This document shows positions 9,947 through 19,913 of a stretch of DNA of 38,887 nucleotides, piece by piece. Positions within the stretch are counted from its first letter, which is position 1. Each line of letters begins with the position of its first letter. The DNA comes from an uncultured Hymenobacter sp. (GTDB lineage: Bacteria; Bacteroidota; Bacteroidia; Cytophagales; Hymenobacteraceae). Location of the stretch: the NCBI GenBank assembly GCA_964652535.1, contig CAZZDR010000002.1:14839-53725 (forward strand). Reading direction: 5' to 3'. Both the position numbers and the translations under genes were made by a program. A model generated the notes under the pieces. It searched no databases. It worked only from the letters and a program-made list of their open reading frames with translations, and was not told the origin of the DNA.

Positions 9947-12220
9947 CTACAGAGCCTTGCTGTCGCGCTGAGCCTCGACCACCGCGATGGCCGTCATGTT
10001 CACAATGTCGCGCACGCTAGCGCCGAGCTGCAAAATGTGCACGGGCTTGCGCATGCCCATCAGCACTGGCCCGATTACTTCGGCCCCGCCGATTTCCTGC
10101 ATCACCTTGTAGGCAATGTTGCCCGACTCTACGTTGGGGAAAATCAGGGTGTTAGCGCCTTTCTCGGCTAGGGGCGAAAAGTCGTAGTTCTCTTGCAGTA
10201 TGTGGGGGTTCAGGGCTACGTTGGCCTGCATCTCACCATCGAGGAGCAAGTCGGGGTAGCGCTGTTTGGCTAGCTCGGTGGCACGGCGGGTTTTGTCGGG
10301 CAGCGTGCCCCCGCTGGGCGAGCCAAAGTTGGAGTAGCTGATAACGGCTACCCGTGGCTCGGTGTCGAAAAAGCGCACAGCGTTGGCCGTGAGACCAATA
10401 ATCTCCACCATTTCCTCAGCCGTAGGGTCGATGTTCACGGTCGTGTCGGCAAAGAAATACGGTCCTTTCTTGTGCTGGATGATGTACATCGACGACACAC
10501 GCTTCACGCCCTCGGCCGGCCCGATTACTTGCAGCGACGGAATCAGGCTGCGGCCGTAGTCCTTGGTGAGGCCCGTGATGCAGGCGTCGGCAGCCCCGGT
10601 TTCGACCATCATGGCCGCGTAGTAGTTGCGCTCGCGCAGCAGGCGCTTGCCTTCGTATAGTGTAATGCCCCGGCGCTGGCGCTTCTGGTACAGCAGCTGG
10701 GCGTAGGCGTTGCGCTGCTCGTCGTCCTTCAGAATGTCAATAATTTCGCAGCCTTCGAGGTCCAAGTTATTCGCCTGCGCGATGGCCTGAATCTTGGCGT
10801 GCGGGCCCAGCAGGATGGGGAACGCGATGCCTTCCTCGCGCACTAGCTGCGCCGCCTTTAGCACCTTGTAGTTATCAGCCTCGGCAAATACTACCCGACG
10901 CGGATTGGCGCGGGCTGCTGAGGTGATGCGGTTCATCAGCTTCTGGTCGAGGCCCAGGCGCTGGCGCAACTGGTCGTCATAAGCTGCCCAGTCGGTGATG
11001 GGTAGGCGTGCCACGCCGCTGTCCATAGCCGCCCGCGCTACGGCCGGGCTGATGGCCGTTATCAAGCGCGGGTCTAGCGGTTTTGGGATGAGATAGGTGC
11101 GCCCAAATGCCAGCGTGTTGTCGCCATAGGCATTGTTTACCATGTCGGGCACAGGCTCCTTGCTCAGCTCGGCCAGGGCGTGCACGGCGGCCAGCTTCAT
11201 TGCCTCGTTGATTTCGGTAGCCCGCACGTCTAGCGCTCCCCGAAAAATGTAGGGGAAACCCAGCACGTTGTTCACCTGGTTAGGATGGTCGGAGCGGCCG
11301 GTCGCCATAATGAGGTCGGGCCGGGTACTCATGGCCACGTCGTAGGCAATTTCGGGGTCGGGGTTGGCCAGGGCAAACACAATGGGGTCGTTGGCCATGC
11401 CCAGCAGCAGCCCCGCTGGCAGCACATTAGCCGCCGACAGGCCCAGAAACACGTCGGCCCCACGTAGCGCTTCCTCCATTGTGCTGATGGGGCGATCGGT
11501 GGCCAGGTGCATCTGCATATCGGCCAGATTGGTGCGGGCCGGGTTGATAATGCCGTCTTTGTCAAAAACTACCAGGTTCTCTTTCTTAAGGCCTAGCGCC
11601 AAGTACAGCCGAATGCACGACACGGCCGCTGCGCCCGCGCCACTCACCACCAGCTGAATATCCTCAATCTTTTTACCCACCAGCTCCAGCGCGTTCAGCA
11701 GCGCCGCCGACGTAATAATGGCCGTGCCGTGCTGGTCGTCGTGCATCAGCGGGATGTTCATTTTCTCCCGCAGCTCAGTTTCAATTCGAAAGCACTCCGG
11801 TGCCTTAATATCCTCTAGGTTAATGCCGCCAAACGTGGGTTCCAGCGCCTTTACAATGCGAATGAACTCGTCGGGGTCGGTAGCGTCAATCTCAATATCG
11901 AAGCAGTCGATACCCGCAAACTTCTTGAACAACACGCCCTTGCCCTCCATCACTGGCTTGCTGGCTGCCGGCCCGATGTTGCCCAGGCCCAGCACCGCCG
12001 TGCCGTTGCTGATTACGGCTACCAGGTTGCCCTTGGCGGTGTATTTATACACGTCATCGGGGTTGGCCGCAATTTCTTTGCAGGGCTCCGCTACGCCCGG
12101 CGAGTAGGCCAGCGCCAAATCGAGCTGGGTGCTCACAGGCTTGGTGGGCACTACTTCAATCTTACCGTGGGGTAGCTGCTCGTGGTAGGCGAGGGCGTCT
12201 TGTTTATTGATTTTGAGCAT
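9947..12220 (-). CDS. maeB: NADP-dependent malic enzyme with C-terminal phosphotransacetylase-like domain
   Basis: [63 protein letters not shown]-like tail (DGEMQAN, GPVLMG); start moved to ATG 12220. Confidence 0.96.
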   Translation of the reverse strand: MLKINKQDALAYHEQLPHGKIEVVPTKPVSTQLDLALAYSPGVAEPCKEIAANPDDVYKYTAKGNLVAVISNGTAVLGLGNIGPAASKPVMEGKGVLFKKFAGIDCFDIEIDATDPDEFIRIVKALEPTFGGINLEDIKAPECFRIETELREKMNIPLMHDDQHGTAIITSAALLNALELVGKKIEDIQLVVSGAGAAAVSCIRLYLALGLKKENLVVFDKDGIINPARTNLADMQMHLATDRPISTMEEALRGADVFLGLSAANVLPAGLLLGMANDPIVFALANPDPEIAYDVAMSTRPDLIMATGRSDHPNQVNNVLGFPYIFRGALDVRATEINEAMKLAAVHALAELSKEPVPDMVNNAYGDNTLAFGRTYLIPKPLDPRLITAISPAVARAAMDSGVARLPITDWAAYDDQLRQRLGLDQKLMNRITSAARANPRRVVFAEADNYKVLKAAQLVREEGIAFPILLGPHAKIQAIAQANNLDLEGCEIIDILKDDEQRNAYAQLLYQKRQRRGITLYEGKRLLRERNYYAAMMVETGAADACITGLTKDYGRSLIPSLQVIGPAEGVKRVSSMYIIQHKKGPYFFADTTVNIDPTAEEMVEIIGLTANAVRFFDTEPRVAVISYSNFGSPSGGTLPDKTRRATELAKQRYPDLLLDGEMQANVALNPHILQENYDFSPLAEKGANTLIFPNVESGNIAYKVMQEIGGAEVIGPVLMGMRKPVHILQLGASVRDIVNMTAIAVVEAQRDSKAL

Positions 12221-12370
12221 AGGAATGGGCAAATGTTCTCTGGCGCGAGGCGGCAAGTTCCGGCTAAAATGCCGAATTACGCCCGTGCTAAGGTTGCCTT
12301 TCGCCTCAGCGCTTGCTTTATAAGCTTGCTGACAAATGAGTTAACTCGTACAGCTATGACTGCGAACTAG

Positions 12371-12400
12371 TAGTTGGGCTTAGCCACCTAAGCCCAACTA
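12371..12400. repeat. Perfect 13-bp inverted repeat downstream of the LysM transglycosylase gene
   Basis: tagttgggcttag-ccac-ctaagcccaacta; no U-tract. Confidence 0.75.
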
Positions 12401-12421
12401 TTAGGCCGATACGTGCTAGGC

Positions 12422-14659
12422 TTAGGAGTGTACCACTAGTTTCTGGCCCAGCTTCACATCATCCGATTTCAGGTGGTTGAGCCGCCGTAGTTCCTGCACG
12501 CTCACCTTAAAGCGGCGCGAAATATTGTAGAGTGTGTCGCCGGGCTGCACGGTGTGGGTACTAAAGTTCGGCTCGGGTCGCTCATGCTTCGCGGGGGGGG
12601 TAGGGCGAGTAGCCACGGCATCGGGTGCCGGCCCGCCAAAACGTAGCCGCTGGCCCGGCACCACCCTTTCGGCCGAGAGCCGGTTCCAGGACTGCACCTG
12701 TGCTACAGTTACACCGCGTGCGTGGGCCAATTTGGCCAGGTTGTCGCCCACCCGTACGGTATATACCTCTACCGCAGGGGTAGGGGGCAAGCTAACAACT
12801 TTACTTGTGACTACCTCTTCTGAATTTTCGCGAGAAGTACTGGCAAGCACTGCTTTAGTATGGCGTCGTCGAATGGGAGGAGCTACTACGCTGTCCGTTT
12901 CAACCACTGGCTCGGTTGCTGTAGTGGTTGCTTCTTCAGCACTGGCTCGCGCCGCTAGCAGGGCCGCCTGCTGCTGAGCCTTAGCCAGCGCCGCCGCTCT
13001 GAAAATGGCCTGCCGCTGCTGCGCTGCCACCCGGGCTGCCTGCTGCTTTTGCACCCGTAGTAACTCTTGCACCTGAGCCGCTTCGCGCAGCGCCGATGCC
13101 TGTGCTTCCCGCGCATAGCGCAGGTTGGCCGCTATTAAGGCTTGGGTAGCGCTATCAGGCGCGACTACGTGGCGCGAGGTCAGCGCACGAGTCGAAGCAG
13201 TAGCCGCAACTACCTCGAGCGTTTTGCTCGCCTCTGAGGGGGGTAGGGCCACCAGCACAAGTAGCTCGCGGCCGGGTTTTAGCGCGGCTGTGCGTTTGGG
13301 TAGTTCGTTCCAGCGACGCACCTGAGCAGGGCTCACGTCAAATTTTTCGGCTACGCTGGCCACCGTCTGGCCTCGGCGCACAGTGTAGTATACGCGGCGG
13401 TAGCGGGCTGCCCGTTCCGAACTGGCTGGCCGCGCATTGGCAGCAGCAGCTACTTCTTCGCGGCTGGGCCACGGTGTGGTCCCCGCCAGTTGCGCTGGGC
13501 GCGGTAGCAGCGGCTGCGGCAAATCGGTTAAGGGTTGGCAATAAGCCAACAGCGTAGCGCGGTCCACGTCGCCGAGATGCTCGCGCGCCGCGGCGGGGTA
13601 GCGTAGCACGTAGGGCCGGTAGCCGGCGGGCAGGCTGCCGTGGCGCAGTTCGGGGTTGTAGCGGCTCATCGCCAGCGAGTCTTCGTAGCCTAGGGCGCGG
13701 CTCAAGCGGCGCAGGTCTAGCGCCTGGCCGCGCACGCCCAGCGTGTCAAGCGGCTCATAGGCCTGGTAGCGTAGGCTAGGGTCGTTGAGGTTATGTTGGG
13801 CCGCGTACTTCATGGCGTACATAATGGCCGTGAAAGTGGGCACGTAGTTGCGCGTTTCAGCGGGCAGGTGGGGGTAGAGGTCCCAGAAACTTTTCTTACC
13901 CGTTTTGCGCATTACGCGGCGCATGTTACCCGCGCCCCAGTTGTAGGCCGCCAGCACCAATTCCCAATCGTGGAACTCGCCATAGAGGTAGCGCAAATGC
14001 TTGCAAGCGGCCTCGGTCGCCTTTTCGGGTTGCATCCGCTCGTCCACCCATTCATCGCGCTTTAGGCGCAGATCGCTGGCCGTAGGTGGCATGAATTGCC
14101 ACAGCCCTACTGCGCCCACCGGCGATTTGGCCGTAGGTATCAGCGCCGACTCCACCACCGACAAATATTTCAAGTCGGTGGGCAAGTTGTACTGCGCCAG
14201 ATACTTTTCAAATGTAGGAAAGTAAAATTGCTCGCGCTCCAGCACCCGTTGCGTGTAGCCTCGCTGCCGCTCCGTAAACAGCCGCACGTAGGCCAGCACT
14301 GCCGCATTGAACTGGTGCGGCGCGGTGGTTTCGATGCACGCCATGCGGTCACCTACCATCTCGTAGAGTGTGGCCGGCGTTTGCAACCATACCAGGCGGG
14401 CCGAGTCTACGGCGGGTTCTATCAGCGGCTCCACGGCCAGCGAGTCGATGGTAGCCGCAGGCAGCTCCACTACTTGGCGCACCGTATCGGCAATAGCGGG
14501 TGCGAGGGGGGTAGGGGCCGGCGCTTCGTGCTTGTGCCGGCCACGCTGTGCCATTACCGGGGCCGACCCCAGCACCAGCGCCAGCAGCAACAGCCGTCCC
14601 ACCAAACGCGGCTTGCGCGGGCTAGCAGCGGACGTGAGCAGTTGGTGCAAAGCTTTCAT
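12422..14659 (-). CDS. MltD-like lytic transglycosylase (SLT domain plus three LysM domains)
   Basis: Signal peptide; SLT motifs LSVVESAL, AVGLWQFM, LAAYNWG, ETRNYVP; LysM YTVRRGQT, YTVRVGDNL, HTVQPGDTLYNIS; start chosen at MKALHQ. Confidence 0.9.
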   Translation of the reverse strand: MKALHQLLTSAASPRKPRLVGRLLLLALVLGSAPVMAQRGRHKHEAPAPTPLAPAIADTVRQVVELPAATIDSLAVEPLIEPAVDSARLVWLQTPATLYEMVGDRMACIETTAPHQFNAAVLAYVRLFTERQRGYTQRVLEREQFYFPTFEKYLAQYNLPTDLKYLSVVESALIPTAKSPVGAVGLWQFMPPTASDLRLKRDEWVDERMQPEKATEAACKHLRYLYGEFHDWELVLAAYNWGAGNMRRVMRKTGKKSFWDLYPHLPAETRNYVPTFTAIMYAMKYAAQHNLNDPSLRYQAYEPLDTLGVRGQALDLRRLSRALGYEDSLAMSRYNPELRHGSLPAGYRPYVLRYPAAAREHLGDVDRATLLAYCQPLTDLPQPLLPRPAQLAGTTPWPSREEVAAAANARPASSERAARYRRVYYTVRRGQTVASVAEKFDVSPAQVRRWNELPKRTAALKPGRELLVLVALPPSEASKTLEVVAATASTRALTSRHVVAPDSATQALIAANLRYAREAQASALREAAQVQELLRVQKQQAARVAAQQRQAIFRAAALAKAQQQAALLAARASAEEATTTATEPVVETDSVVAPPIRRRHTKAVLASTSRENSEEVVTSKVVSLPPTPAVEVYTVRVGDNLAKLAHARGVTVAQVQSWNRLSAERVVPGQRLRFGGPAPDAVATRPTPPAKHERPEPNFSTHTVQPGDTLYNISRRFKVSVQELRRLNHLKSDDVKLGQKLVVHS

Positions 14660-14697
14660 AGGGCTAAGGTAAATGACAATTACTGAACTACCTAACC

Positions 14698-14749
14698 AAA
14701 ACGAGGCGCGAACGAATACGACCAAACAGCCGCGTTCGTTCGCGCCTCG
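14698..14749 (-). terminator. Probable terminator after gatA
   Basis: Perfect 15-bp inverted repeat cgaggcgcgaacgaa (14702-16) / ttcgttcgcgcctcg (14735-49), 18-nt loop, U4 on the minus strand. Confidence 0.55.
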
Positions 14750-14774
14750 CGATTTGCTAAAGCTGCTGGCTAAA

Positions 14775-16211
14775 CTAGTTGTCCACCTCTTTTAGCGTCA
14801 ACGTATTGGCAAAAGCCAGTAAATCAGCCTCGCGGAATGCACCGCTTAGTATTTGAAGGCCAATGGGCATGCCATCGTTGTCGTGGCCTGCGGGAATGGA
14901 AATAGCCGGTACGCCGGCCAGCGAAGCCTGCACCGTAAAAATATCAGCCAGGTACATCGACACCGGGTCCTGCTTTTCGCCAATCTTGAATGCAGTAGTA
15001 GGGGTAGTGGGTAGCACTAGGAAGTCGTACTGACGTAGCAGTTCGTCCGTTTTCTCCTTGATGAGCCGGCGTACGCGCTGCGCTTTGGTATAGTAAGCGT
15101 CGTAGTAACTGGCACTCAATACAAAGGTGCCCAGCATAATACGGCGTTGGACTTCGGGCCCGAAACCCTGCGCTCGCGTCTTTTTATAGAGCGATTCCAA
15201 GTCCGTCACGTCGGGCGCCCGGAAACCATATTTCACGCCGTCGAAGCGCGATAGGTTGGAACTAGCCTCGGCCGTGGTGAGGATATAATACGTCGGAATC
15301 ATTTCCTCAAGCAGCGGAAAATCCACAGGCTCTACCACGTGGCCGTAGCCGCGTAAGGTGTTGAGTGTTTGCTCTAGCGCCTCGTGTACCTCGGGCTGTA
15401 GGCCCGGCCGGTCGATGGCATTAGCCACATAACCAATTCGATACTGCGCAGCAGGTGCCAGCAAAGCGGTGTAGGTGGGTACAGGTTCCTGGCTGGCAGT
15501 GCTATCGTAATCATCAGCGCCGGCCATTACTTCTAGCAAGCGTGCTGCATCTTCAATAGAATGCGTGACCGGCCCAATCTGGTCAAAAGACGAAGCAAAG
15601 GCCACCAAACCGTAGCGCGAGATGCGCGAGTACGTTGGCTTTAACCCAATAACTCCGCAAAAGGCGGCTGGCTGACGCACTGAGCCGCCTGTATCGGAGC
15701 CAATAGACGCTAGGCACATATCGGCCTGAACTGCCACTGCCGAACCGCCACTCGAGCCGCCGGGTACTCGGCTGGGGTCCTGGGCGTTGCGCACTGGGCC
15801 AAAAGCCGAATTCTCATTTGAACCGCCCATGGCGAACTCATCGCAGTTTTGGCGGCCGATGAAAATGGCGTCTTCGGCCAACAAGCGCTGCACGGCTGTG
15901 CCAGTGAACAGCGACTTGAAACCATCCAGAATTCGGCTGCTACTTTGAAGCGAGTGTCCTTCGTAAGCCAGTACGTCCTTGAGACCGATAACCATGCCAG
16001 CTAGCCGGCCAGCTGTGCCTTGGGCCAGCTTCTCATCAACGGCCAGGGCCTGCTGACGCGCTTCTTCAGTCCAAACTTCTAAGAAAACATTCAGCTCAGC
16101 GTTGCGCTGCGCGATGTTATCGAGGTAATACTCAACGAGCTGGCGGCAGGACGTAGTGCCCGCCGCCAGCTCGCGCTGGATTTCCGAAAGGGAAGAAAAC
16201 AGAGGTTTCAA
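14775..16211 (-). CDS. gatA: Asp-tRNA(Asn)/Glu-tRNA(Gln) amidotransferase subunit A
   Basis: Amidase signature GLKD, DEFAMG, PGGSSGGSA, IGSDTGGSVRQPA; GatA-specific SSNLSRFDGVKYG and EVQRRIMLGTFVLS. Confidence 0.95.
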   Translation of the reverse strand: MKPLFSSLSEIQRELAAGTTSCRQLVEYYLDNIAQRNAELNVFLEVWTEEARQQALAVDEKLAQGTAGRLAGMVIGLKDVLAYEGHSLQSSSRILDGFKSLFTGTAVQRLLAEDAIFIGRQNCDEFAMGGSNENSAFGPVRNAQDPSRVPGGSSGGSAVAVQADMCLASIGSDTGGSVRQPAAFCGVIGLKPTYSRISRYGLVAFASSFDQIGPVTHSIEDAARLLEVMAGADDYDSTASQEPVPTYTALLAPAAQYRIGYVANAIDRPGLQPEVHEALEQTLNTLRGYGHVVEPVDFPLLEEMIPTYYILTTAEASSNLSRFDGVKYGFRAPDVTDLESLYKKTRAQGFGPEVQRRIMLGTFVLSASYYDAYYTKAQRVRRLIKEKTDELLRQYDFLVLPTTPTTAFKIGEKQDPVSMYLADIFTVQASLAGVPAISIPAGHDNDGMPIGLQILSGAFREADLLAFANTLTLKEVDN

Positions 16212-16214
16212 ATC

Positions 16215-16697
16215 TTAAACGTCGGTTAATGGCTGGTCGAGGCGAGGCCGCGTACCTGGCACACCGCCCTCCGTAGTAGGCGGAATAGGCGTGCTGTGGT
16301 GATAAGTAGGCTGAGTCGCCGTCGGCAAATCTACGGCGCCCGGTGCAGTATAATCTGCTACTGGAGCAACATAGTCGCCCGAAGTTGGTGCAGGTGGCGT
16401 TTGCGCAGGCTGGTAAGGAGCCTGCTGCTGCGTGTAGTCTGTGTGAGGCTGATTGTAAGGTTGGTTAGGATTATAACCCTGGTTAGGGTTGTAATTCTGC
16501 TGCTGATTAGGCTGCCCAGCGCGCTCAAACTCGTTGCGAATTTCGCTGCTAGCGTCTTTAAACTCGCGGATGCCTTTGCCTAGGCCTCGGGCCAGTTCCG
16601 GAATTTTGTTGGCACCAAAGAAAATCAGGATAACGACCATTATCAGAATCAGCTCAGAGCCGCCGATGTCGCCTAAAAAAAGCAGGGGAGAATTCAT
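16215..16697 (-). CDS. tatA: Twin-arginine translocase TatA/E subunit with long Q/P/Y-rich tail
   Basis: IGGSELILIMVVILIFFGANKIPELARGLGKGIREFKDA. Confidence 0.93.
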   Translation of the reverse strand: MNSPLLFLGDIGGSELILIMVVILIFFGANKIPELARGLGKGIREFKDASSEIRNEFERAGQPNQQQNYNPNQGYNPNQPYNQPHTDYTQQQAPYQPAQTPPAPTSGDYVAPVADYTAPGAVDLPTATQPTYHHSTPIPPTTEGGVPGTRPRLDQPLTDV

Positions 16698-16738
16698 AAT
16701 CGGAAAAGTAAAAGCGAGAAGTAAGCGCCGTTGGCAGC

Positions 16739-17107
16739 TTAGCTAGCAGGGGTATTAGTAGGGTTGTAAGGAGCCTGCGGCGCTTGGCCCGGAGCAGGCG
16801 GTGCATATTGCTGTGGTTGCTGCGCGTAGCCGTTTTGGTTGTAAGCTGGTGGCTGCTGTGCGTAGCCATTCGAGTGCTGGCCTGGCTGTTGAGGATAACC
16901 ATTTGGGTTTTGGCCCGGCTGCTGGTTGTAATTCGGGTTTATCGGTTGCTCCGGATTGCTGGCATCCTTAAACTCGCGCACACCTTGGCCTACCCCCTTA
17001 AAAAGCTCAGGAATACGCTTAGCTCCAAAAAACAGCACCAGAATAAATATGATGAAGATGATGGTGCGGGGATTGCTGAGAAACAGAAAAAGCGTGGTTA
17101 GTAGCAT
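16739..17107 (-). CDS. tatA: Second TatA/E-family subunit with Q/N/Y/P-rich tail
   Basis: ILVLFFGAKRIPELFKGVGQGVREFKDA; start moved to ATG 17107, downstream of the promoter element. Confidence 0.88.
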   Translation of the reverse strand: MLLTTLFLFLSNPRTIIFIIFILVLFFGAKRIPELFKGVGQGVREFKDASNPEQPINPNYNQQPGQNPNGYPQQPGQHSNGYAQQPPAYNQNGYAQQPQQYAPPAPGQAPQAPYNPTNTPAS

Positions 17108-17177
17108 GAGCGGGCTGGCTGCAAAGCCATGTAGGGTGTGAAAACGAAGATACGTAAAAGCAAAGGCTTTGGACTGG

Positions 17178-17185
17178 CAAAGGTA
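17178..17185 (-). promoter_or_regulatory. -7 promoter element for tatA-tatA-gatA
   Basis: TACCTTTG on the minus strand. Confidence 0.6.
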
Positions 17186-17382
17186 CCAAATGTGCCGTGA
17201 GCACACCTGTTCTGTAACTAAAAATGCTTCCGCTAGCCTGGCGTGTAAGAGCCTAGTTTACACCCTTTGGCTTGGAGGAGGGCAAGCTGAGACAGCTAGT
17301 TTATCCTAAAATTGAGAGAGTAGAATGGCCTATTCGTCTAAAATAGGTAGGAGTTAATCAATAGTTGATGCACCTTTGTAGT

Positions 17383-17498
17383 GGTTAGCAGCCTTCACCG
17401 AAGAGGGATTGCATTAGCAGTCCGCCAAGGCAGAGGAAGTTGGCTAAGTTTGTTTTCATAGCTCAGAAAGGCATCGAACGTTGTTCGATGCTTTTTTT
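17383..17498 (+). ncRNA. Candidate small RNA (about 115 nt)
   Basis: Near-consensus -7 element CACCTTTG (17371-78), short hairpins, and a plus-strand terminator with T7, inside a region where flanking genes are all minus-strand. Confidence 0.35.
17467..17498 (+). terminator. Intrinsic terminator with its strong U-tract on the plus strand; may also serve the flippase gene
   Basis: gcatcgaac-gtt-gttcgatgc-T7. Confidence 0.7.
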
Positions 17499-17500
17499 CT

Positions 17501-19018
17501 TTATGCTTGGCGCAAGCCGCGCCGCACTTCCACGCCATAAATTGCTGCTGCAAATAGCAGCGACAAGCCTACGCCCAGCGCGTACCCTATGCCTCGCGGC
17601 AACTCCCGAATGGCTGCCTGCCCTAGCAGCACCAGCGCTACGGCTGCCAGCAGCCACACTAGTAGCCGCCCAACGGGGTAGGGCACCGGAAAGTGCCGCT
17701 CGCCCAACCACCAGCAAATAGCGGCCATCATAAAATAGCAGGCCAGCGTGGCCCAAGCGCTACCCATGTAGCCAAGTAGAGGAATAAGAAGGATATTGAG
17801 CGCAACAGTGAGCACTGCGCCTGCTGCACCAATGTAGGTGCCATAATATGTTTTGTCGGTGAGCTTAAACCACACAGAAAGGTTGTAGTATACGCCCAGA
17901 AATAGATTGGCTAGCAGTAAGATAGGCACTACGCCAAGACCCGTTAGGTACTCGGGCCGGCGCAGAAAGAGCGGTCCTATCCAGCTCAGATTCAGGCTAA
18001 TGCCAATAAAGATGAACGTGCAGCACAGCGTAAACCACTTTAGGACTAGCGCAAAGGTGGCAGGAGAGTTTTTTTCAGTGCTTTGAGCAAAGAAAAATGG
18101 CTCGGCGGCGTAGCGAAAAGCCTGAATTATCAGCGACATAAAGATGCTGAGCTTGTAGCACGCCCCGTACACGCCTACTGCCGCCAGGCTGCTCAGCCCA
18201 GGGTAAAAACCTTCGGGTAGGTAAGTGGGTAGCAAAACGCGGTCGAGCATTTCGTTGACCATACCAGCCATGCCCATCATCATCAGAGGAAGCGCATAAG
18301 CCAACAGCGGCCGCAGAAAGTCTAGGCGCGGCCAACGGAAGCGAAAGTCTAGTAATTCGCGGCCCAGCAACAGTAGGGTAAGGGCCGATGCTGCTAAATT
18401 GCTCAAGAACACGTAGCCTACCCCCATAGTGGGGTTGTAAACGGCCTGAACTAGCGGGCGTAGTGTAGCCAGTAGCGCATCGGGCTTGCTTTGCAATACT
18501 GCTGGACACAGTACCACAAAAAACAGGTTCAGTCCCACGTATAACAAGATGTTAGTGAGGCGAATGGCAGCAAAAAGACGGGCTTTGTTTTCTAACCGAA
18601 GACGGGCAAATGGCAAGGCTGCTACTGCATCGAGCCCCAATATCAACGCTATCCAGATAGCGTATTCGTAATGGCTTGGCGGCAGGTGCAATAGCGCGAG
18701 TAGGGGCCGAGCCAGCAGGGCTAATAGTACGGTAAGAACTATGCTACTTAGGAGCAGCAAGCTCAGGGTACGGTTGTACAGCTCTTGGCGGTCCTCGCCG
18801 GGCCGGTTGGCGAAGCGAAAAAAGGTGGTTTCAAGCCCATAGGTGAACACCACGTTCAGAAAGGAAACGTAAGCATACAGGCTCGTGACAATTCCGTACT
18901 CGGCCGCCGCAAAGTGGGCTGTGTAGATAGGAACCAGCAGATAGCTTAGCACCCGCCCTACTATGCTACTGACGCCGTAGATAGCCGTTTGTGAGGCCAG
19001 CTTTTTCGCGATACTCAT
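17501..19018 (-). CDS. MOP-superfamily (Wzx/MurJ-like) oligosaccharide flippase
   Basis: 505 aa, many hydrophobic segments; QTAIYGVSSIVGR, YGLETTFFRF, VGVYGACYKL, QAFRYAAEPFFF. Confidence 0.85.
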   Translation of the reverse strand: MSIAKKLASQTAIYGVSSIVGRVLSYLLVPIYTAHFAAAEYGIVTSLYAYVSFLNVVFTYGLETTFFRFANRPGEDRQELYNRTLSLLLLSSIVLTVLLALLARPLLALLHLPPSHYEYAIWIALILGLDAVAALPFARLRLENKARLFAAIRLTNILLYVGLNLFFVVLCPAVLQSKPDALLATLRPLVQAVYNPTMGVGYVFLSNLAASALTLLLLGRELLDFRFRWPRLDFLRPLLAYALPLMMMGMAGMVNEMLDRVLLPTYLPEGFYPGLSSLAAVGVYGACYKLSIFMSLIIQAFRYAAEPFFFAQSTEKNSPATFALVLKWFTLCCTFIFIGISLNLSWIGPLFLRRPEYLTGLGVVPILLLANLFLGVYYNLSVWFKLTDKTYYGTYIGAAGAVLTVALNILLIPLLGYMGSAWATLACYFMMAAICWWLGERHFPVPYPVGRLLVWLLAAVALVLLGQAAIRELPRGIGYALGVGLSLLFAAAIYGVEVRRGLRQA

Positions 19019-19118
19019 ACTAATTTACTAACGAATCCGAAGCAGGAAAACTGCTCGGTAAGTAGCTACAGGAGGCTTGCGGCGCAGATAGGTTTAAGCT
19101 ATTCAGCCGCGTTGTGTA

Positions 19119-19913
19119 TTATTTGCCAGTGAAGGAAGCAGGCCGTTTTTCCAAGAATGCCGCTGTGCCTTCTTTAAAATCAGCCGTGCCAAATGCTTGG
19201 CCAAATGCCTGCGCTTCGGCTGTGTAGCCTGCCTCGCCACCCTCGTTGAAATACGTATTGACGCAGTCAATAGTAAGGGCTATGGCCACTGGGGCTTTAT
19301 TCAGTATTTTAAGCAACAAGGCGTTGCAAAAATTAAGTAGCTCGGCTTGTGGTACTACGTGGTTTGCTAAACCCAAACGCAAAGCCTCGTCAGCCTTTAC
19401 TTGGTCGGCCGTGAGTAGCAACTCTAGCGCCTTGCTTTTGCCCACTAGTTGAATGAGTCGCTGCGTACCGCCATAGCCAGGTAATAGACCCAAGTTTACT
19501 TCGGGCTGGCCAAAACGAGCATTTTCGGCTGCTACCCGCAAGTGGCAGGCCATCGCTAGCTCGCAGCCGCCACCCAGTGCAAAGCCGTTTACGGCCGCTA
19601 CCACGGGCTTGGGGCTCGTTTCATAGCGCCGGAATACGGCTTGACCGCGCGCCGAAGCTTCTTGTGCACCGGGCCCGTTTAAGGCAGCTAGCTCAGCAAT
19701 ATCGGCCCCAGCTACGAATGCTTTCTCGCCGCTACCCGTGAGAACGATGCCACGCACTGCCGCATCAGCCCGCGCTTGGTCAATGGCCACACCCAACTCG
19801 TCAATAGTAGCTGCATTGAGGGCATTGAGCTTGGCCGGGCGGTTCACAGTGATGGTCAGAATGCCGGTAGCAGCATCGAGGTCATACAGTAGGTTTTCGA
19901 AAGAGGCGATCAT
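19119..19913 (-). CDS. Enoyl-CoA hydratase/isomerase (crotonase)
   Basis: NRPAKLNAL, AFVAGADIAE, AAVNGFALGGGCELAMACH, GQPEVNLG...PGYGGTQRL. Confidence 0.95.
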   Translation of the reverse strand: MIASFENLLYDLDAATGILTITVNRPAKLNALNAATIDELGVAIDQARADAAVRGIVLTGSGEKAFVAGADIAELAALNGPGAQEASARGQAVFRRYETSPKPVVAAVNGFALGGGCELAMACHLRVAAENARFGQPEVNLGLLPGYGGTQRLIQLVGKSKALELLLTADQVKADEALRLGLANHVVPQAELLNFCNALLLKILNKAPVAIALTIDCVNTYFNEGGEAGYTAEAQAFGQAFGTADFKEGTAAFLEKRPASFTGK

